From: a virus
Taxonomy: Duplodnaviria > Heunggongvirae > Uroviricota > Caudoviricetes
Reading direction: 5' to 3' (one strand)
Virus record (IMG/VR): IMGVR_UViG_2671180349_000006
DNA: 29,349 nucleotides
Both the position numbers and the translations under genes were made by a program. Numbering within the stretch: position 1 is the first letter of the stretch; each line of letters opens with the position of its first letter. Below are positions 12,655 to 21,733 of the stretch, piece after piece. The notes beneath the pieces were generated by a model that was not told where the DNA came from, did not search any database, and saw only the letters and a list, made by a program, of their open reading frames with translations.

Positions 12655-13359
12655 TTAACTGACGGTTACAGTGCAGGAAGTGGAGGTCACTTTGTTAACC
12701 GGGCTCGCTGAATCAGAAATCTCGCAGGTATACGCACCGGCATCACCGGATGCTGCTGATGCCTTACTGAACGTTGCCGCCGTCTGTCCGGAAACAGGAG
12801 AACCACCTTTTTTCCAGGCATAAGAATAAGGCGGCACACCACCCACAGCCTCAACCGCCATTTCAAGTTTCGCTCCGGAAGCAACCCGCAGCGTGCTTTT
12901 TAAATCGACCTTCACTTTCAGCGGCTCTGTCGTCAGCACAGGCTTACCTTTCAGGCGCAGAGAAAACGTTGCAGCCACAACACCATTGGTTCCTGCAGAC
13001 CAGGTATGCTGACGCACCTCTGCCATAAAGGTAAATCCGTTGCCTGACGGAAAAATAACTTTAAAGCCATACGTGGTGTCATTGTCATAGGCACTGCGCA
13101 ACGCGTTCTGGGCAGCATTCAGATAAAAGTTGCCTGACATGGAAATCTCTGAAGCAGCCCCAAGACCGTTAATATTTTCCTGCTCAACAGAACACAGCGT
13201 GGTGACATCAATATCCTGCTTTTGTCCTGCGGTAAACTGCACCTCTTTGATTGTACAGCTCAGGCCAAGATAGCTGGCAGAATCCAGGGTTTCTGCTGTT
13301 ACCGGTGCAGACGAAATCATAATTTTCGTCAGTTGCGAACGCTCAAAATTAGAGGACAT
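12655..13359 (-). CDS. Major tail protein (V-like) with C-terminal Ig-like domain
   Basis: 234 aa; position upstream of G-T; C-terminal ~90 aa resemble a Big_2-type Ig-like domain (LKVKVDLKSTLRVASGAKLEMAVEAVGGVPPYSYAWKK...); AGGAGA Shine-Dalgarno. Confidence 0.8.
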   Translation of the reverse strand: MSSNFERSQLTKIMISSAPVTAETLDSASYLGLSCTIKEVQFTAGQKQDIDVTTLCSVEQENINGLGAASEISMSGNFYLNAAQNALRSAYDNDTTYGFKVIFPSGNGFTFMAEVRQHTWSAGTNGVVAATFSLRLKGKPVLTTEPLKVKVDLKSTLRVASGAKLEMAVEAVGGVPPYSYAWKKGGSPVSGQTAATFSKASAASGDAGAYTCEISDSASPVNKVTSTSCTVTVS

Positions 13360-13371
13360 ACTCGTCTCCTG

Positions 13372-13399
13372 AAAATAAAAAAACCCGCCAGCGGCGGGT
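13372..13399 (-). terminator. Strong intrinsic terminator-like hairpin immediately upstream of the major tail gene
   Basis: Minus-strand stem ACCCGCC/GGCGGGT (13383-13389 / 13393-13399), loop of 3, followed by TTTTTTTATTTT (13372-13382). Confidence 0.55.
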
Positions 13400-13419
13400 G
13401 GGTAAAATCATTAATGACC

Positions 13420-13764
13420 TCAGGCTATTACCTGGAATTCAAGCGTGGCTCTGCTCAGACGGGAGTCAGGATCATAACCCTGCGTTTTAGAAATAACGGA
13501 GGGTGCCAGTTTTCTTACCGCATCAAGCGCCTGCTCACGAATATTATCTGCGTCATCAGGTACTGTCGCCCAGACATCGATCTGCACGGTAATTCTGGAT
13601 TCAGCCTGCCCATCAAGCACATCAGATACCGTGTCAGACACCACAGAAAACACCAGCCACGGCGGAGATACCGCAGGCTTTCCCTCCGTCAGCGGGACCA
13701 CATAAGGATAAACCTGTCCTCCGGCCAGCTGAGACAACAGGGAATACAGTGTGGCCTCCCTCAT
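13420..13764 (-). CDS. Tail terminator / tail completion protein (lambda U position)
   Basis: 114 aa; gene order and size; ATG overlaps the stop of the upstream gene. Confidence 0.55.
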   Translation of the reverse strand: MREATLYSLLSQLAGGQVYPYVVPLTEGKPAVSPPWLVFSVVSDTVSDVLDGQAESRITVQIDVWATVPDDADNIREQALDAVRKLAPSVISKTQGYDPDSRLSRATLEFQVIA

Positions 13765-14207
13765 TTACTTAAGACCTCATCAATAGCCTGATTCATTCGC
13801 TGTATGGCAACCTGCGCCGCCAGCTCCTCTGTCGTATCGAAAGCCGGGCGAATGAATGGATGCGCGGGCATGTTTATCGTTCCCAGCTCCACAAAGCGCC
13901 AGTAAAATGCATTTCGGGGATCGCTGGCTTTCATGCTGTTATCACTGTTTCCGGTTCGCAGGTTCCGTCCGCGAATGTGGACACCCGAGATAATTTCCCC
14001 CCGACGCTTTGAACGCTGAGTGAGAACAACCACATTTTTCTTCAGTTTCCCGGTTCGCTCTGGCGCACGTTCAACAACTGCATCCCGCATAACTTCAGCA
14101 CCGGCACGGGTGGCATCGCGCAGAACCTTATTGTTTTCTGCCCTGCTGAGCGTCTCCAAATCCCGTGCAATATCCGCCAGGCCAGAAAAATCAAGACTGA
14201 AATCCAT
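13761..14207 (-). CDS. HK97 gp10-family tail-component protein
   Basis: ATG at 14207 (the ORF-track start is a GTG one codon earlier); overlaps the upstream stop as ATGA; position between head-tail adaptor and tail terminator. Confidence 0.6.
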   Translation of the reverse strand: MDFSLDFSGLADIARDLETLSRAENNKVLRDATRAGAEVMRDAVVERAPERTGKLKKNVVVLTQRSKRRGEIISGVHIRGRNLRTGNSDNSMKASDPRNAFYWRFVELGTINMPAHPFIRPAFDTTEELAAQVAIQRMNQAIDEVLSK

Positions 14208-14545
14208 CACACATTCCCCTTCAGGCTGCAGAGTATTTCAAGCCGGGTAGCGCGTGCATCCGGTATTGGTGGACCTTCTATACCCAGAATGGCCCCTTTA
14301 AATGCACCGGTCAGCACTTTTAGACATGAAGTTGCTGTTACATCTCGCCGGAATCTCATCCAGACTCTGACCGTAGCCTGAGCGGTTTCTGCTCCGCCTG
14401 AGATTATCTCCCTCCCGCTGATACCCTTAACTTCTGCCCATACGGTAGCTCCCTCCGTCACCGTCTCCACCGGATGCCCTGACGGAGAGCGGGCGGTGGT
14501 GACATTCAGAATAATTACGCGATCACGTAATCTGCCCGCCTGCAT
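14207..14545 (-). CDS. Head-tail adaptor / head closure protein
   Basis: 112 aa; strong AGGAGGAGG Shine-Dalgarno before ATG 14545; position downstream of the connector gene. Confidence 0.6.
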   Translation of the reverse strand: MQAGRLRDRVIILNVTTARSPSGHPVETVTEGATVWAEVKGISGREIISGGAETAQATVRVWMRFRRDVTATSCLKVLTGAFKGAILGIEGPPIPDARATRLEILCSLKGNV

Positions 14546-14553
14546 GCCTCCTC

Positions 14554-14871
14554 CTACAAAGGAATAAAACGATAAGGCTCCAGCAGAGAAGAAAAACCAA
14601 ACGGGACTGGTGCCTTGCTGACATCTGAGGAATTTTCCCGGTTTTCGTACCAGTGCCCGACCAGCAACATGAGCGCCAGCAAAACATCATCAGCTATAAG
14701 CACCCCTTCAGGATCACCTTCCGGCACCGTCTCCTCATAAAGCTTACGGTTGATAAAATTTTCTGCCTTGCGGCAGGCAGCCCGGAAATACAGCATCAGT
14801 AACTCATCATCAGTTGCATCATCTGTATCAATACGGCACTGCGCCCTGAGTTTTTCCACTATTGCTGCCAT
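14554..14871 (-). CDS. Head-tail connector (gp6-like) protein
   Basis: Start re-placed at ATG 14871 (GGAG upstream); the ORF-track start at 15051 would overlap the capsid gene and two hairpins. Confidence 0.6.
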   Translation of the reverse strand: MAAIVEKLRAQCRIDTDDATDDELLMLYFRAACRKAENFINRKLYEETVPEGDPEGVLIADDVLLALMLLVGHWYENRENSSDVSKAPVPFGFSSLLEPYRFIPL

Positions 14872-14903
14872 CAGAAACTCCTGCCCGCAACACTGTGCGG
14901 GCA

Positions 14904-14926
14904 TAAAAAAACCGCGTCGGCGCGGT
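14904..14926 (-). terminator. Intrinsic terminator after the major capsid gene, followed by a second hairpin
   Basis: Minus-strand stem ACCGCG/CGCGGT (14911-14916 / 14921-14926), loop of 4, followed by T7 (14905-14910 region); a second 8-bp stem lies at 14882-14903. Confidence 0.6.
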
Positions 14927-14947
14927 CTGTAACTGAACAACGAGTGG

Positions 14948-16165
14948 TTATTTGCCAGTGAGCGCCTTGATGGCTGCCACATCTTCCAGCACACAGTCAA
15001 AACGATGGAAAGCCAGAAATGCCACCTGATCAAACTCAGCATAACGCTCAACCAGACGTTTCAGTTCCATATAAGTAACGCGGCGAATGATAAAGCGGTT
15101 GAAATCCCCCAGGAAAATGAATTTTTTTCCGGTACCAATCCCGTCAATAGCCTGATCAATAACATAAGGGATCCCCAGCACAGTAGCCGGCGTACCGCCT
15201 GCAATATCCGGCAGCCATAACGGGCGTTTCTGTCCATCCTCCATCTCTTCAATAGTCTGCAATGTGGCATCATTGAATGCCCAGCGGTATTTCGGCCCAC
15301 CACGATATGCCGGATCAATGGCATGTTTCAGGGCATTCATTTCTTTCCAGGTGAAAGCGGCAGAGGCTGCAGTCTGGATGGTTCCCGTCACCGACGCTGC
15401 CAGCCCTTTTGGCTGTAACGGTGATCCCGTTCCGGTCCCCTGAACCAGATATTTTGCCTCTCCACGACCAATACGCTGGGCAATACGGTTTGCCAGATAA
15501 GATTCAATATCCACCCCACTGTCCTGGAGCAGCTCATTGGACACACGAATTATTTTTGATGACAGCTTTTTAGCCCCCAGAATAGCGGTCCCGAACGTCA
15601 CATCCTGTTCCGTTGCGGCTGTATTTTCCGCCAGCAGTTCGCCCTCTTCAGTCGTGCCATCAGACGTTGACCAGGTGATATCCTGCCCGGTTGATGTGGT
15701 CAGAAGTTGCGCCACACTGGCAATCCCGCCATAAGCCTTCATGGTGTCAATGATTTTGTTACGCATCTGCGTGGGCACCGTATATCCGCCCTGAGAATCC
15801 GTTGTTACACTCTGAGCCCGCAGTTCACGCATCAGATTACGCTCTTCAGCATTCAGTTCTGCAAATCCGGCACGCAGAAAACGGTTAAATGCCGCAGCAC
15901 GCTTCTCTTCCACCGCCTTTTTCCCGTTCTCCGCCTCATTATTCTGGCGCTCTTCCGGCCCGGACTCATCCACATATGCCTGATCCTGACGGCGCAACTC
16001 TTCTTCACGGGCGATTTGCTCATCCAGCGCATCCAGCTCAGCTTTCGCCCTGTTCCACTCTGCCCGTTGCTCATCAGTCCATGCGTTATCACCAATTTTT
16101 TCATGCAGTGCACGCATATCCTTTGCAATGGTGTTTCGTTTTTGCTTCATCTCATGAAGTTTCAT
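14948..16165 (-). CDS. Major capsid protein (HK97 fold) with N-terminal coiled-coil delta domain
   Basis: 405 aa; N-terminal ~100 aa charged and helical (scaffold-like delta domain), remainder HK97 MCP-like; follows the prohead protease. Confidence 0.85.
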   Translation of the reverse strand: MKLHEMKQKRNTIAKDMRALHEKIGDNAWTDEQRAEWNRAKAELDALDEQIAREEELRRQDQAYVDESGPEERQNNEAENGKKAVEEKRAAAFNRFLRAGFAELNAEERNLMRELRAQSVTTDSQGGYTVPTQMRNKIIDTMKAYGGIASVAQLLTTSTGQDITWSTSDGTTEEGELLAENTAATEQDVTFGTAILGAKKLSSKIIRVSNELLQDSGVDIESYLANRIAQRIGRGEAKYLVQGTGTGSPLQPKGLAASVTGTIQTAASAAFTWKEMNALKHAIDPAYRGGPKYRWAFNDATLQTIEEMEDGQKRPLWLPDIAGGTPATVLGIPYVIDQAIDGIGTGKKFIFLGDFNRFIIRRVTYMELKRLVERYAEFDQVAFLAFHRFDCVLEDVAAIKALTGK

Positions 16166-16179
16166 CGTCAGTAGTATCC

Positions 16180-16779
16180 TTATGCATTAAGAAGGGTCAA
16201 AAGACGCTCACGCGCCATTCGTTCGTTAACAGCTTTCTTCAGCGCACCACTCGCCCGCGCTTCCTGCCAGGCTTTCATTGAGCGGACACCAGAGTCTGCG
16301 TCCTGATAGGCCGGATATGTCACCGGGCTGACGTCATACAGACGAGAAATGCGCGTGATTTCCCGGATAACAATCCCCTCGTCGTCTTCATACCAGCTCT
16401 CTCCGTCACGGGCGACACGAAACGCGAACGAGGACTGATTAATGTCACCACGCAACATTGGAGACAGCACCAGGTCACAAATAGTCGGAGTATCCGGTGC
16501 AACAATGTCATAACGTAAACCGCGTTCATCCACCGACAATGACAACGTGCCGGCAGAACTTCGTCCGAGAATGAAATTAGGATCATGATTAAACAAGCCA
16601 CGTACATCATCATTCAGTACATCATCAAAAGCCCCCGGCTTGATGATTTCACGAAATCCCCACAGAGGTTCTGAACGACTGTTAAATACCGAGCCATACC
16701 CCAGAATGTGGGTCGGGGCATTATCATATTGTTCCGCCCGCACCTCCCCGCTGTAACAGCGCGTTTCACGGTCATTCAT
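16180..16779 (-). CDS. Prohead maturation protease (HK97 family)
   Basis: 199 aa between portal and capsid; overlaps the portal stop (ATGAATGA). Confidence 0.8.
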   Translation of the reverse strand: MNDRETRCYSGEVRAEQYDNAPTHILGYGSVFNSRSEPLWGFREIIKPGAFDDVLNDDVRGLFNHDPNFILGRSSAGTLSLSVDERGLRYDIVAPDTPTICDLVLSPMLRGDINQSSFAFRVARDGESWYEDDEGIVIREITRISRLYDVSPVTYPAYQDADSGVRSMKAWQEARASGALKKAVNERMARERLLTLLNA

Positions 16780-17998
16780 CGTTCTTTTCCTCTTTGCCTT
16801 TCGTATCTTTAAAGTTATTCAACGGATTTGCTGCATTTACGCTGACCAGCATTTCATCCAGACCGTCAACCGGGTTCATATCCTCAAATGCCCTGGCTTC
16901 ATTCCGACTCATCCAGCCATCTGTAATGGCAAAGTGATAGAACTGCGCACGCTCCTGTGGGGTCCCACGGAGCAACCCCGTGAGGTTGAAACGAACGTAA
17001 TACCCGGCAGCCCGTTCTGTACGGGTAAACAGGCGACGGTTAAGCTCCTGCTCCCAGTTCGCAACCCAGGGCATCATCGTGTAGCGAACAAACTGAATCG
17101 CCTGCTGCGTAATATTCGAAAATGTGGCTTTTTCCAGGTCATTAATCATGTGCGCCGGGACATTAAAAATCCCGGCAATCATCGACCGGTTCAGCTTGGT
17201 CATATCAATGATCTGAGCATCCACCGGAGAAACTGTCAGAGCGCGGTAATCCAGTTGCGCAGGCAGCAACATGGTTTTATTTTCCTGGCTGCGAAGCGCT
17301 GTCACCGCCCGCTGCCACATATTTTTAAGCCTGCCCCAGCTTTGTTCGTTCAGTTCATTTTTCACAGAAATAATACCGGCAGGACGGGCATTACCGTTAA
17401 AAAAGGCGCTGGTATACTGCTGGCCACTCATTCCCATACCAATGGTTTCAGCATGCTGCATGATCGGGCTCAGTCCCATTTTCTGATTGTTTCCCAGCGC
17501 CCTGATATGGATCATGTCGTCCGGACTTACCGCAAATGCACCCTCTTCGTTATACACCCCGTAAGTATGACGCCCACCGGTGTTAAGTAACGTAGTTTCC
17601 CATGGCATACAGCATTCAAGGCTGGTAACCTCTCCACGACGATTACGTTTTACCCACGTATAACCATTGCCCCACCCCAGCACATGACGCTGCTTCAGTT
17701 CCCGCCACTTATAGCTGGTCTGCCAGGCATTCGGTTCATCATGAACGAGCCAGAACAACGGATGATCGCGTGCAGGCTGAACATGCTCATTCGTTTTTCG
17801 CATCACATGCAGGGGCATCTGAGCCACACTGGATGAAATAACATAAATACAGGCATAGACAGCAGCCAGCTTCATGGATGTTTCCGGACTGACATACACA
17901 TCCCGGGCAAAAATATTATCCGTCTCAGCAGCCTCTCCGGTTACCGGAACCGAGGGATTTTCCAGAGGCTCACTGCGAAACAGAGCATCAAGAAGCAT
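16772..17998 (-). CDS. Portal protein (HK97 family)
   Basis: 408 aa; position between terminase large subunit and protease. Confidence 0.85.
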   Translation of the reverse strand: MLLDALFRSEPLENPSVPVTGEAAETDNIFARDVYVSPETSMKLAAVYACIYVISSSVAQMPLHVMRKTNEHVQPARDHPLFWLVHDEPNAWQTSYKWRELKQRHVLGWGNGYTWVKRNRRGEVTSLECCMPWETTLLNTGGRHTYGVYNEEGAFAVSPDDMIHIRALGNNQKMGLSPIMQHAETIGMGMSGQQYTSAFFNGNARPAGIISVKNELNEQSWGRLKNMWQRAVTALRSQENKTMLLPAQLDYRALTVSPVDAQIIDMTKLNRSMIAGIFNVPAHMINDLEKATFSNITQQAIQFVRYTMMPWVANWEQELNRRLFTRTERAAGYYVRFNLTGLLRGTPQERAQFYHFAITDGWMSRNEARAFEDMNPVDGLDEMLVSVNAANPLNNFKDTKGKEEKNDE

Positions 17999-18128
17999 GT
18001 TTTCTCCTCATGGACACCACCAGTGCATAAAGCAGCAACAAACAGCCAGACAGCATCAGAGACGCTGGCAGACCTGCATACAGATAAACGCCAGCAGTGA
18101 GCAGACCGAAACCGATCAGCCCGGTCAT
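17988..18128 (-). CDS. Possible small hydrophobic protein (46 aa) between terminase and portal
   Basis: ATG 18128 to TGA 17988, translating to MTGLIGFGLLTAGVYLYAGLPASLMLSGCLLLLYALVVSMRRKHAS; no clear Shine-Dalgarno; below the ORF-track size cutoff. Confidence 0.25.
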   Translation of the reverse strand: MTGLIGFGLLTAGVYLYAGLPASLMLSGCLLLLYALVVSMRRKHAS

Positions 18129-18145
18129 ATCAGTAATAAGCTGTT

Positions 18146-19903
18146 TCACAGAATTAACAGGTCCTCATCAGGATCAAGCGTGGACAGAAAGTCATTCACG
18201 CCCCCGCCATTTACCAGAAAGCGGCTCATGGCTGTAAAAAGCGCAACAGGGCCGTCGATTTTGGCTTCCGGCGTGGATTTATTCGGGAAGATGTTGTCGT
18301 TTTTGTCCGGTTTTACAGTAACGTTAGACATCATCCAGTTCATGACCGGATGATTGCTGTGATGGAAACGCCCGGCATAAACCAGTGATTCCGTTTCCTT
18401 CATGGCCTCTGACAGATTGCGGACCGTCTGCGGAACCTCCACCAGCGGTATCCCTTCTTCAGCCAGTGCCAGGCTGAACTGCATTGCGCTCCACGGGTCA
18501 AACCCCAGTTCCCTGAGGTTTTCACCGCCAATCCATTCCAGTAAGTCACTTTTTATCTGAGCATGATCGATAACATCACCATCCGTCAGGATGAGCTTAT
18601 CCATCTCCGCCCACTTCCGGTAAAGTTCTGCCTGCTGCCGCGAGCATCGTTCCAGCCGTCCTTCCGGAAGCCAGAATTTAAAATCAGCATGAACATGTCC
18701 GTTATCGGTTCGCCAGAGTTTTGCCGCCGCACAGATATCAATCTTATGAGCAAGGTCGACGCCGACCCACATGGGATATGTTTTCAGCTCATGTTGTGGA
18801 GCAATGTATTCGCACTTCTCCCACTTAATCATATCCATCCAGGCAGATTCGGCAGTGACCCACACATTCATGTGTTTGGTAAAAAAATTCACCCGCGCAG
18901 AGACCTGCTCCTTCGCTTTTTTCGCCAGACGACGCAGATCATCCCAGCGTTTACAGATGCCCAGGCCAGGATTCGCTTTCTGCCAGACCGTTTCATCAAA
19001 CGGATCATCTCCCTCATCGAGCGTGTAAATGATCGCAAAGTAGGAGTCGTCTTTTACCGCGCCCTCCACGTCGCTGTTATAGCCTCGCAATACCTTAATG
19101 GCGTAATCGCGCTGCTCGTAGCAAATCCCTTCCTTGTTAAAGCCAGCCGTGGTGATGCCAAATAACAGAGACTGCAGACGGGCACCGGTTGCCGTTTCCA
19201 GAACGTCCCACACGTCACGGGTTTTATGAGCATGCAGCTCATCAATAATGGCGCAGTGGATGTTCAGACCGTCCAGGTTGTTTGCATCCGAGGAAAGCGG
19301 TTCAAATTTTGATGCGCTCTGCTCCTGGTAAATCGCCAGCTTGTTGAAATCAAACAACCGCCCGAGTGTCGACCGGGCTTTTCTGACCATATTTTTGGCG
19401 TCTTCAAACACAATTCTGGCCTGGTCACGCGTGGTTGCGGCTGAATACACCTCAGCCCCGCCTTCACCATCTGCCCCCGTCATATACAGACCGATACCCG
19501 ATGACAGGGTTGATTTTGCGTTTTTACGGGCAACTTCGTTGTATGCTGTCCGGAACCGGCGCACCATCACCGGGCGTCCACTGCCATCGCTGCGCATGAC
19601 AACTTCCCCGGTTTCTTCATTCACCAGCGGAATGACAAAACCAAAAATATTAATGAGGATAAACACATGCCAGTCCATCAACTCAATGGGCTGACCTGCC
19701 AGCGCCCCTTTCACATGGGGTACAAATTTGTAGAAATTAAGGATGTGCTGTGCACGGGGTTCACTGAAATAAATCCCCCGCTCTTCGCCGTACTTCAGAT
19801 CATCAAGAAAACGCTGGCAGGCCAGACGGACAAATTCGCCAGCAACAATTTCTCCTGCAACAACACGTTCGGCGTAGCGGATCCCGTCAGCCACTTTTGC
19901 CAT
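18146..19903 (-). CDS. Terminase large subunit
   Basis: 585 aa; ATPase then nuclease domain order; ATGA overlap with the small-subunit stop. Confidence 0.9.
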   Translation of the reverse strand: MAKVADGIRYAERVVAGEIVAGEFVRLACQRFLDDLKYGEERGIYFSEPRAQHILNFYKFVPHVKGALAGQPIELMDWHVFILINIFGFVIPLVNEETGEVVMRSDGSGRPVMVRRFRTAYNEVARKNAKSTLSSGIGLYMTGADGEGGAEVYSAATTRDQARIVFEDAKNMVRKARSTLGRLFDFNKLAIYQEQSASKFEPLSSDANNLDGLNIHCAIIDELHAHKTRDVWDVLETATGARLQSLLFGITTAGFNKEGICYEQRDYAIKVLRGYNSDVEGAVKDDSYFAIIYTLDEGDDPFDETVWQKANPGLGICKRWDDLRRLAKKAKEQVSARVNFFTKHMNVWVTAESAWMDMIKWEKCEYIAPQHELKTYPMWVGVDLAHKIDICAAAKLWRTDNGHVHADFKFWLPEGRLERCSRQQAELYRKWAEMDKLILTDGDVIDHAQIKSDLLEWIGGENLRELGFDPWSAMQFSLALAEEGIPLVEVPQTVRNLSEAMKETESLVYAGRFHHSNHPVMNWMMSNVTVKPDKNDNIFPNKSTPEAKIDGPVALFTAMSRFLVNGGGVNDFLSTLDPDEDLLIL

Positions 19904-20385
19904 CAGTCTCTCGCTTTTAAAAGCTCTGCCAGCGGATCAACATCATCCGGTCCGGCGGTATTTACTTTCGCCCGGCTTGCCGGTGACATACCAAACTCTG
20001 CAAGCATCGCCCGAATCCGCTTCCAGGCATCAGCCTTCATCGCAGCAGCCGGGTGTGCCTTGATCAGCACATCGCCATTCTGCGTTTCCGTGCGGTAGGT
20101 ATAACCCTCAACATCGAGTATTTCGCAGTGATGCCGGTATTCGGTGTAGGCTTCCACCAGTAACTCGAGCGCACGTGCATCGAGCTGAGAAATGATCCCT
20201 TCCGCATTCAGCTCTTCCGCCATTCGCCTGAACCAGTACTTCCCCTGCGCCCCTAAATGTTGCGGAATTTTAGGGAGACCTTTTTCATCCTTTTTAGCGG
20301 TTTTTTTGGAGTCTTTAACTGGCCGCTTTGAGGGGTTACCTCGTATCAAATGCAGGCGTGGCGGGGTTTTCGGGGGTCCAGACAT
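19903..20385 (-). CDS. Terminase small subunit
   Basis: 160 aa with basic N-terminus, directly upstream of and overlapping the large subunit. Confidence 0.8.
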   Translation of the reverse strand: MSGPPKTPPRLHLIRGNPSKRPVKDSKKTAKKDEKGLPKIPQHLGAQGKYWFRRMAEELNAEGIISQLDARALELLVEAYTEYRHHCEILDVEGYTYRTETQNGDVLIKAHPAAAMKADAWKRIRAMLAEFGMSPASRAKVNTAGPDDVDPLAELLKARD

Positions 20386-20532
20386 AATCGGTTTTACCTA
20401 TCAATCATTTAATCACATTCCAAAAAAAAGTTTTCGAACCTGCGGCGATGCGAGGAAAGGTCAGGCGGCGGTACTGAGCAGCCAGGGTTGCAGAGATTTG
20501 ACCTGCCCCTCCCCTACAGATGGGAACTGTTA

Positions 20533-20883
20533 TCAATTGATGCGTTCGCGCGCTGTTTTTGCTTTATGACAGGGCCAGCACAGACTCTGCAGGTTACTGT
20601 CTGCATCCGTGCCACCATGAGCTTTCGGAATGATGTGGTCCACAGTTCTGGCTTCAACGGCTCTCCCATTGCGCAGGCAGTTCTGACACAGATGATTATC
20701 ACGCTTCAGTATGCGCGCACGTATGGCATCCCATTTCGAGCCATAGCCACGCTGGTGGCGGCTCAGTCCGCGTTGATGCTGTACCCATCCTTCGCCACGA
20801 TGTTTATCGCAGTAACCAGAACTGTCTGTGGTTGTACCTGCACATCCACGCTTACGGCAGGCGCGTGGGATTCGTGGGGGCAT
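20533..20883 (-). CDS. HNH endonuclease (packaging-associated)
   Basis: Cys pairs and the H...N...H core (CQNC...DHIIPKAHGG...CWPCH); start re-placed at ATG 20883 (GGAG 5 nt upstream) because the ORF-track start is a TTG. Confidence 0.8.
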   Translation of the reverse strand: MPPRIPRACRKRGCAGTTTDSSGYCDKHRGEGWVQHQRGLSRHQRGYGSKWDAIRARILKRDNHLCQNCLRNGRAVEARTVDHIIPKAHGGTDADSNLQSLCWPCHKAKTARERIN

Positions 20884-21105
20884 ATGTACTCCAATGAAGA
20901 AGCCACCGACATAGCCTCCTCCATTCATAGTGAAACTATTTTCATCTACCCAGTAATGAATTCTTTGTAGAGTTGTGATCAATACAACTCACTAATGGAG
21001 AGGCTTGTCCAACACGTTGGACAAGTTTCCTGTTTGATTTACTGGACACTATAGAAGGACAGAATGCCTTCATCACTCGAATAACATCAATTAAGGAGGT
21101 TCAAC

Positions 21106-21228
21106 ATGTTTCATTCCACAAATCATCAGGCTGTAATTATGGCTGCATCAGCTTGTGCCACAGACCTTTTCCGCTTCACTTTGAGCCTGATTCATTTCTA
21201 CCTGACCGGCTCGCCTCTATCTTTTTAA
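21106..21228 (+). CDS. Hypothetical small protein (40 aa) with a strong ribosome binding site
   Basis: AAGGAGG 6 nt before ATG 21106; translates to MFHSTNHQAVIMAASACATDLFRFTLSLIHFYLTGSPLSF; same strand as bor; below the ORF-track size cutoff. Confidence 0.3.
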   Translation: MFHSTNHQAVIMAASACATDLFRFTLSLIHFYLTGSPLSF

Positions 21229-21408
21229 TCCCCGCTTTATCCAAATTGCATTGCCAGAATGCTGACAACAGACTGACATTCAAATCCTGACTACCTCCAA
21301 TAGGCTGAGCATCCACCTATATAGTTTTAATTTTCATCAATCCATTTAACTATCGTTTAATTGTTGTCACATAGGATTCTGCCGTTTTTAACAATGCAGG
21401 ATAATAAG

Positions 21409-21702
21409 ATGAAAAAAATGTTGTTTTCTGCCGCTCTGGCAATGCTTATTACAGGATGTGCTCAACAGACGTTTACTGTTGGAAACAAACCGACAGCAGT
21501 AACACCAAAGGAAACCATCACCCATCATTTCTTCGTTTCGGGAATTGGACAGGAGAAAACTGTTGATGCAGCCAAAATTTGTGGCGGCGCAGAAAATGTT
21601 GTTAAAACAGAAACCCAGCAAACATTCGTAAATGGATTTCTCGGTTTTATTACTTTAGGCATTTATACTCCACTGGAAGCGCGTGTGTATTGCTCACAAT
21701 AA
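21409..21702 (+). CDS. bor: Bor lipoprotein (serum-resistance moron)
   Basis: MKKMLFSAALAMLITGCAQQTFTV... lipobox LITGC; AGGA Shine-Dalgarno; convergent with Rz as in lambda. Start placed at the ATG for MKKM rather than the ORF-track TTG. Confidence 0.9.
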   Translation: MKKMLFSAALAMLITGCAQQTFTVGNKPTAVTPKETITHHFFVSGIGQEKTVDAAKICGGAENVVKTETQQTFVNGFLGFITLGIYTPLEARVYCSQ

Positions 21703-21712
21703 TTGCATGAGT

Positions 21713-21730
21713 TGCCCATCGATATGGGCA
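21713..21730. terminator. Palindromic hairpin between convergent bor and Rz
   Basis: TGCCCAT cgat ATGGGCA, perfect 7-bp arms, lying between the bor stop (21702) and the Rz stop (21734); weak T-tracts. Confidence 0.35.
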
Positions 21731-21733
21731 GCT

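Noticed and set aside
14872-15051. Long N-terminal extension of the connector ORF (ORF-track start 15051)
   Set aside because: The extension overlaps the capsid gene 3' end and two hairpins; an internal ATG at 14871 with GGAG is the plausible start.
20386-20532. Lambda-type cos site (GGGCGGCGACCT)
   Set aside because: The lambda cohesive-end sequence is not present; the packaging module is HK97-like, so a different cos is expected.
15005-20970. Plus-strand ORFs within the head and packaging genes (e.g. 15707-16174, 16934-17590, 18563-19165, 20488-20970)
   Set aside because: All lie antisense inside well-supported minus-strand structural genes and have odd composition.
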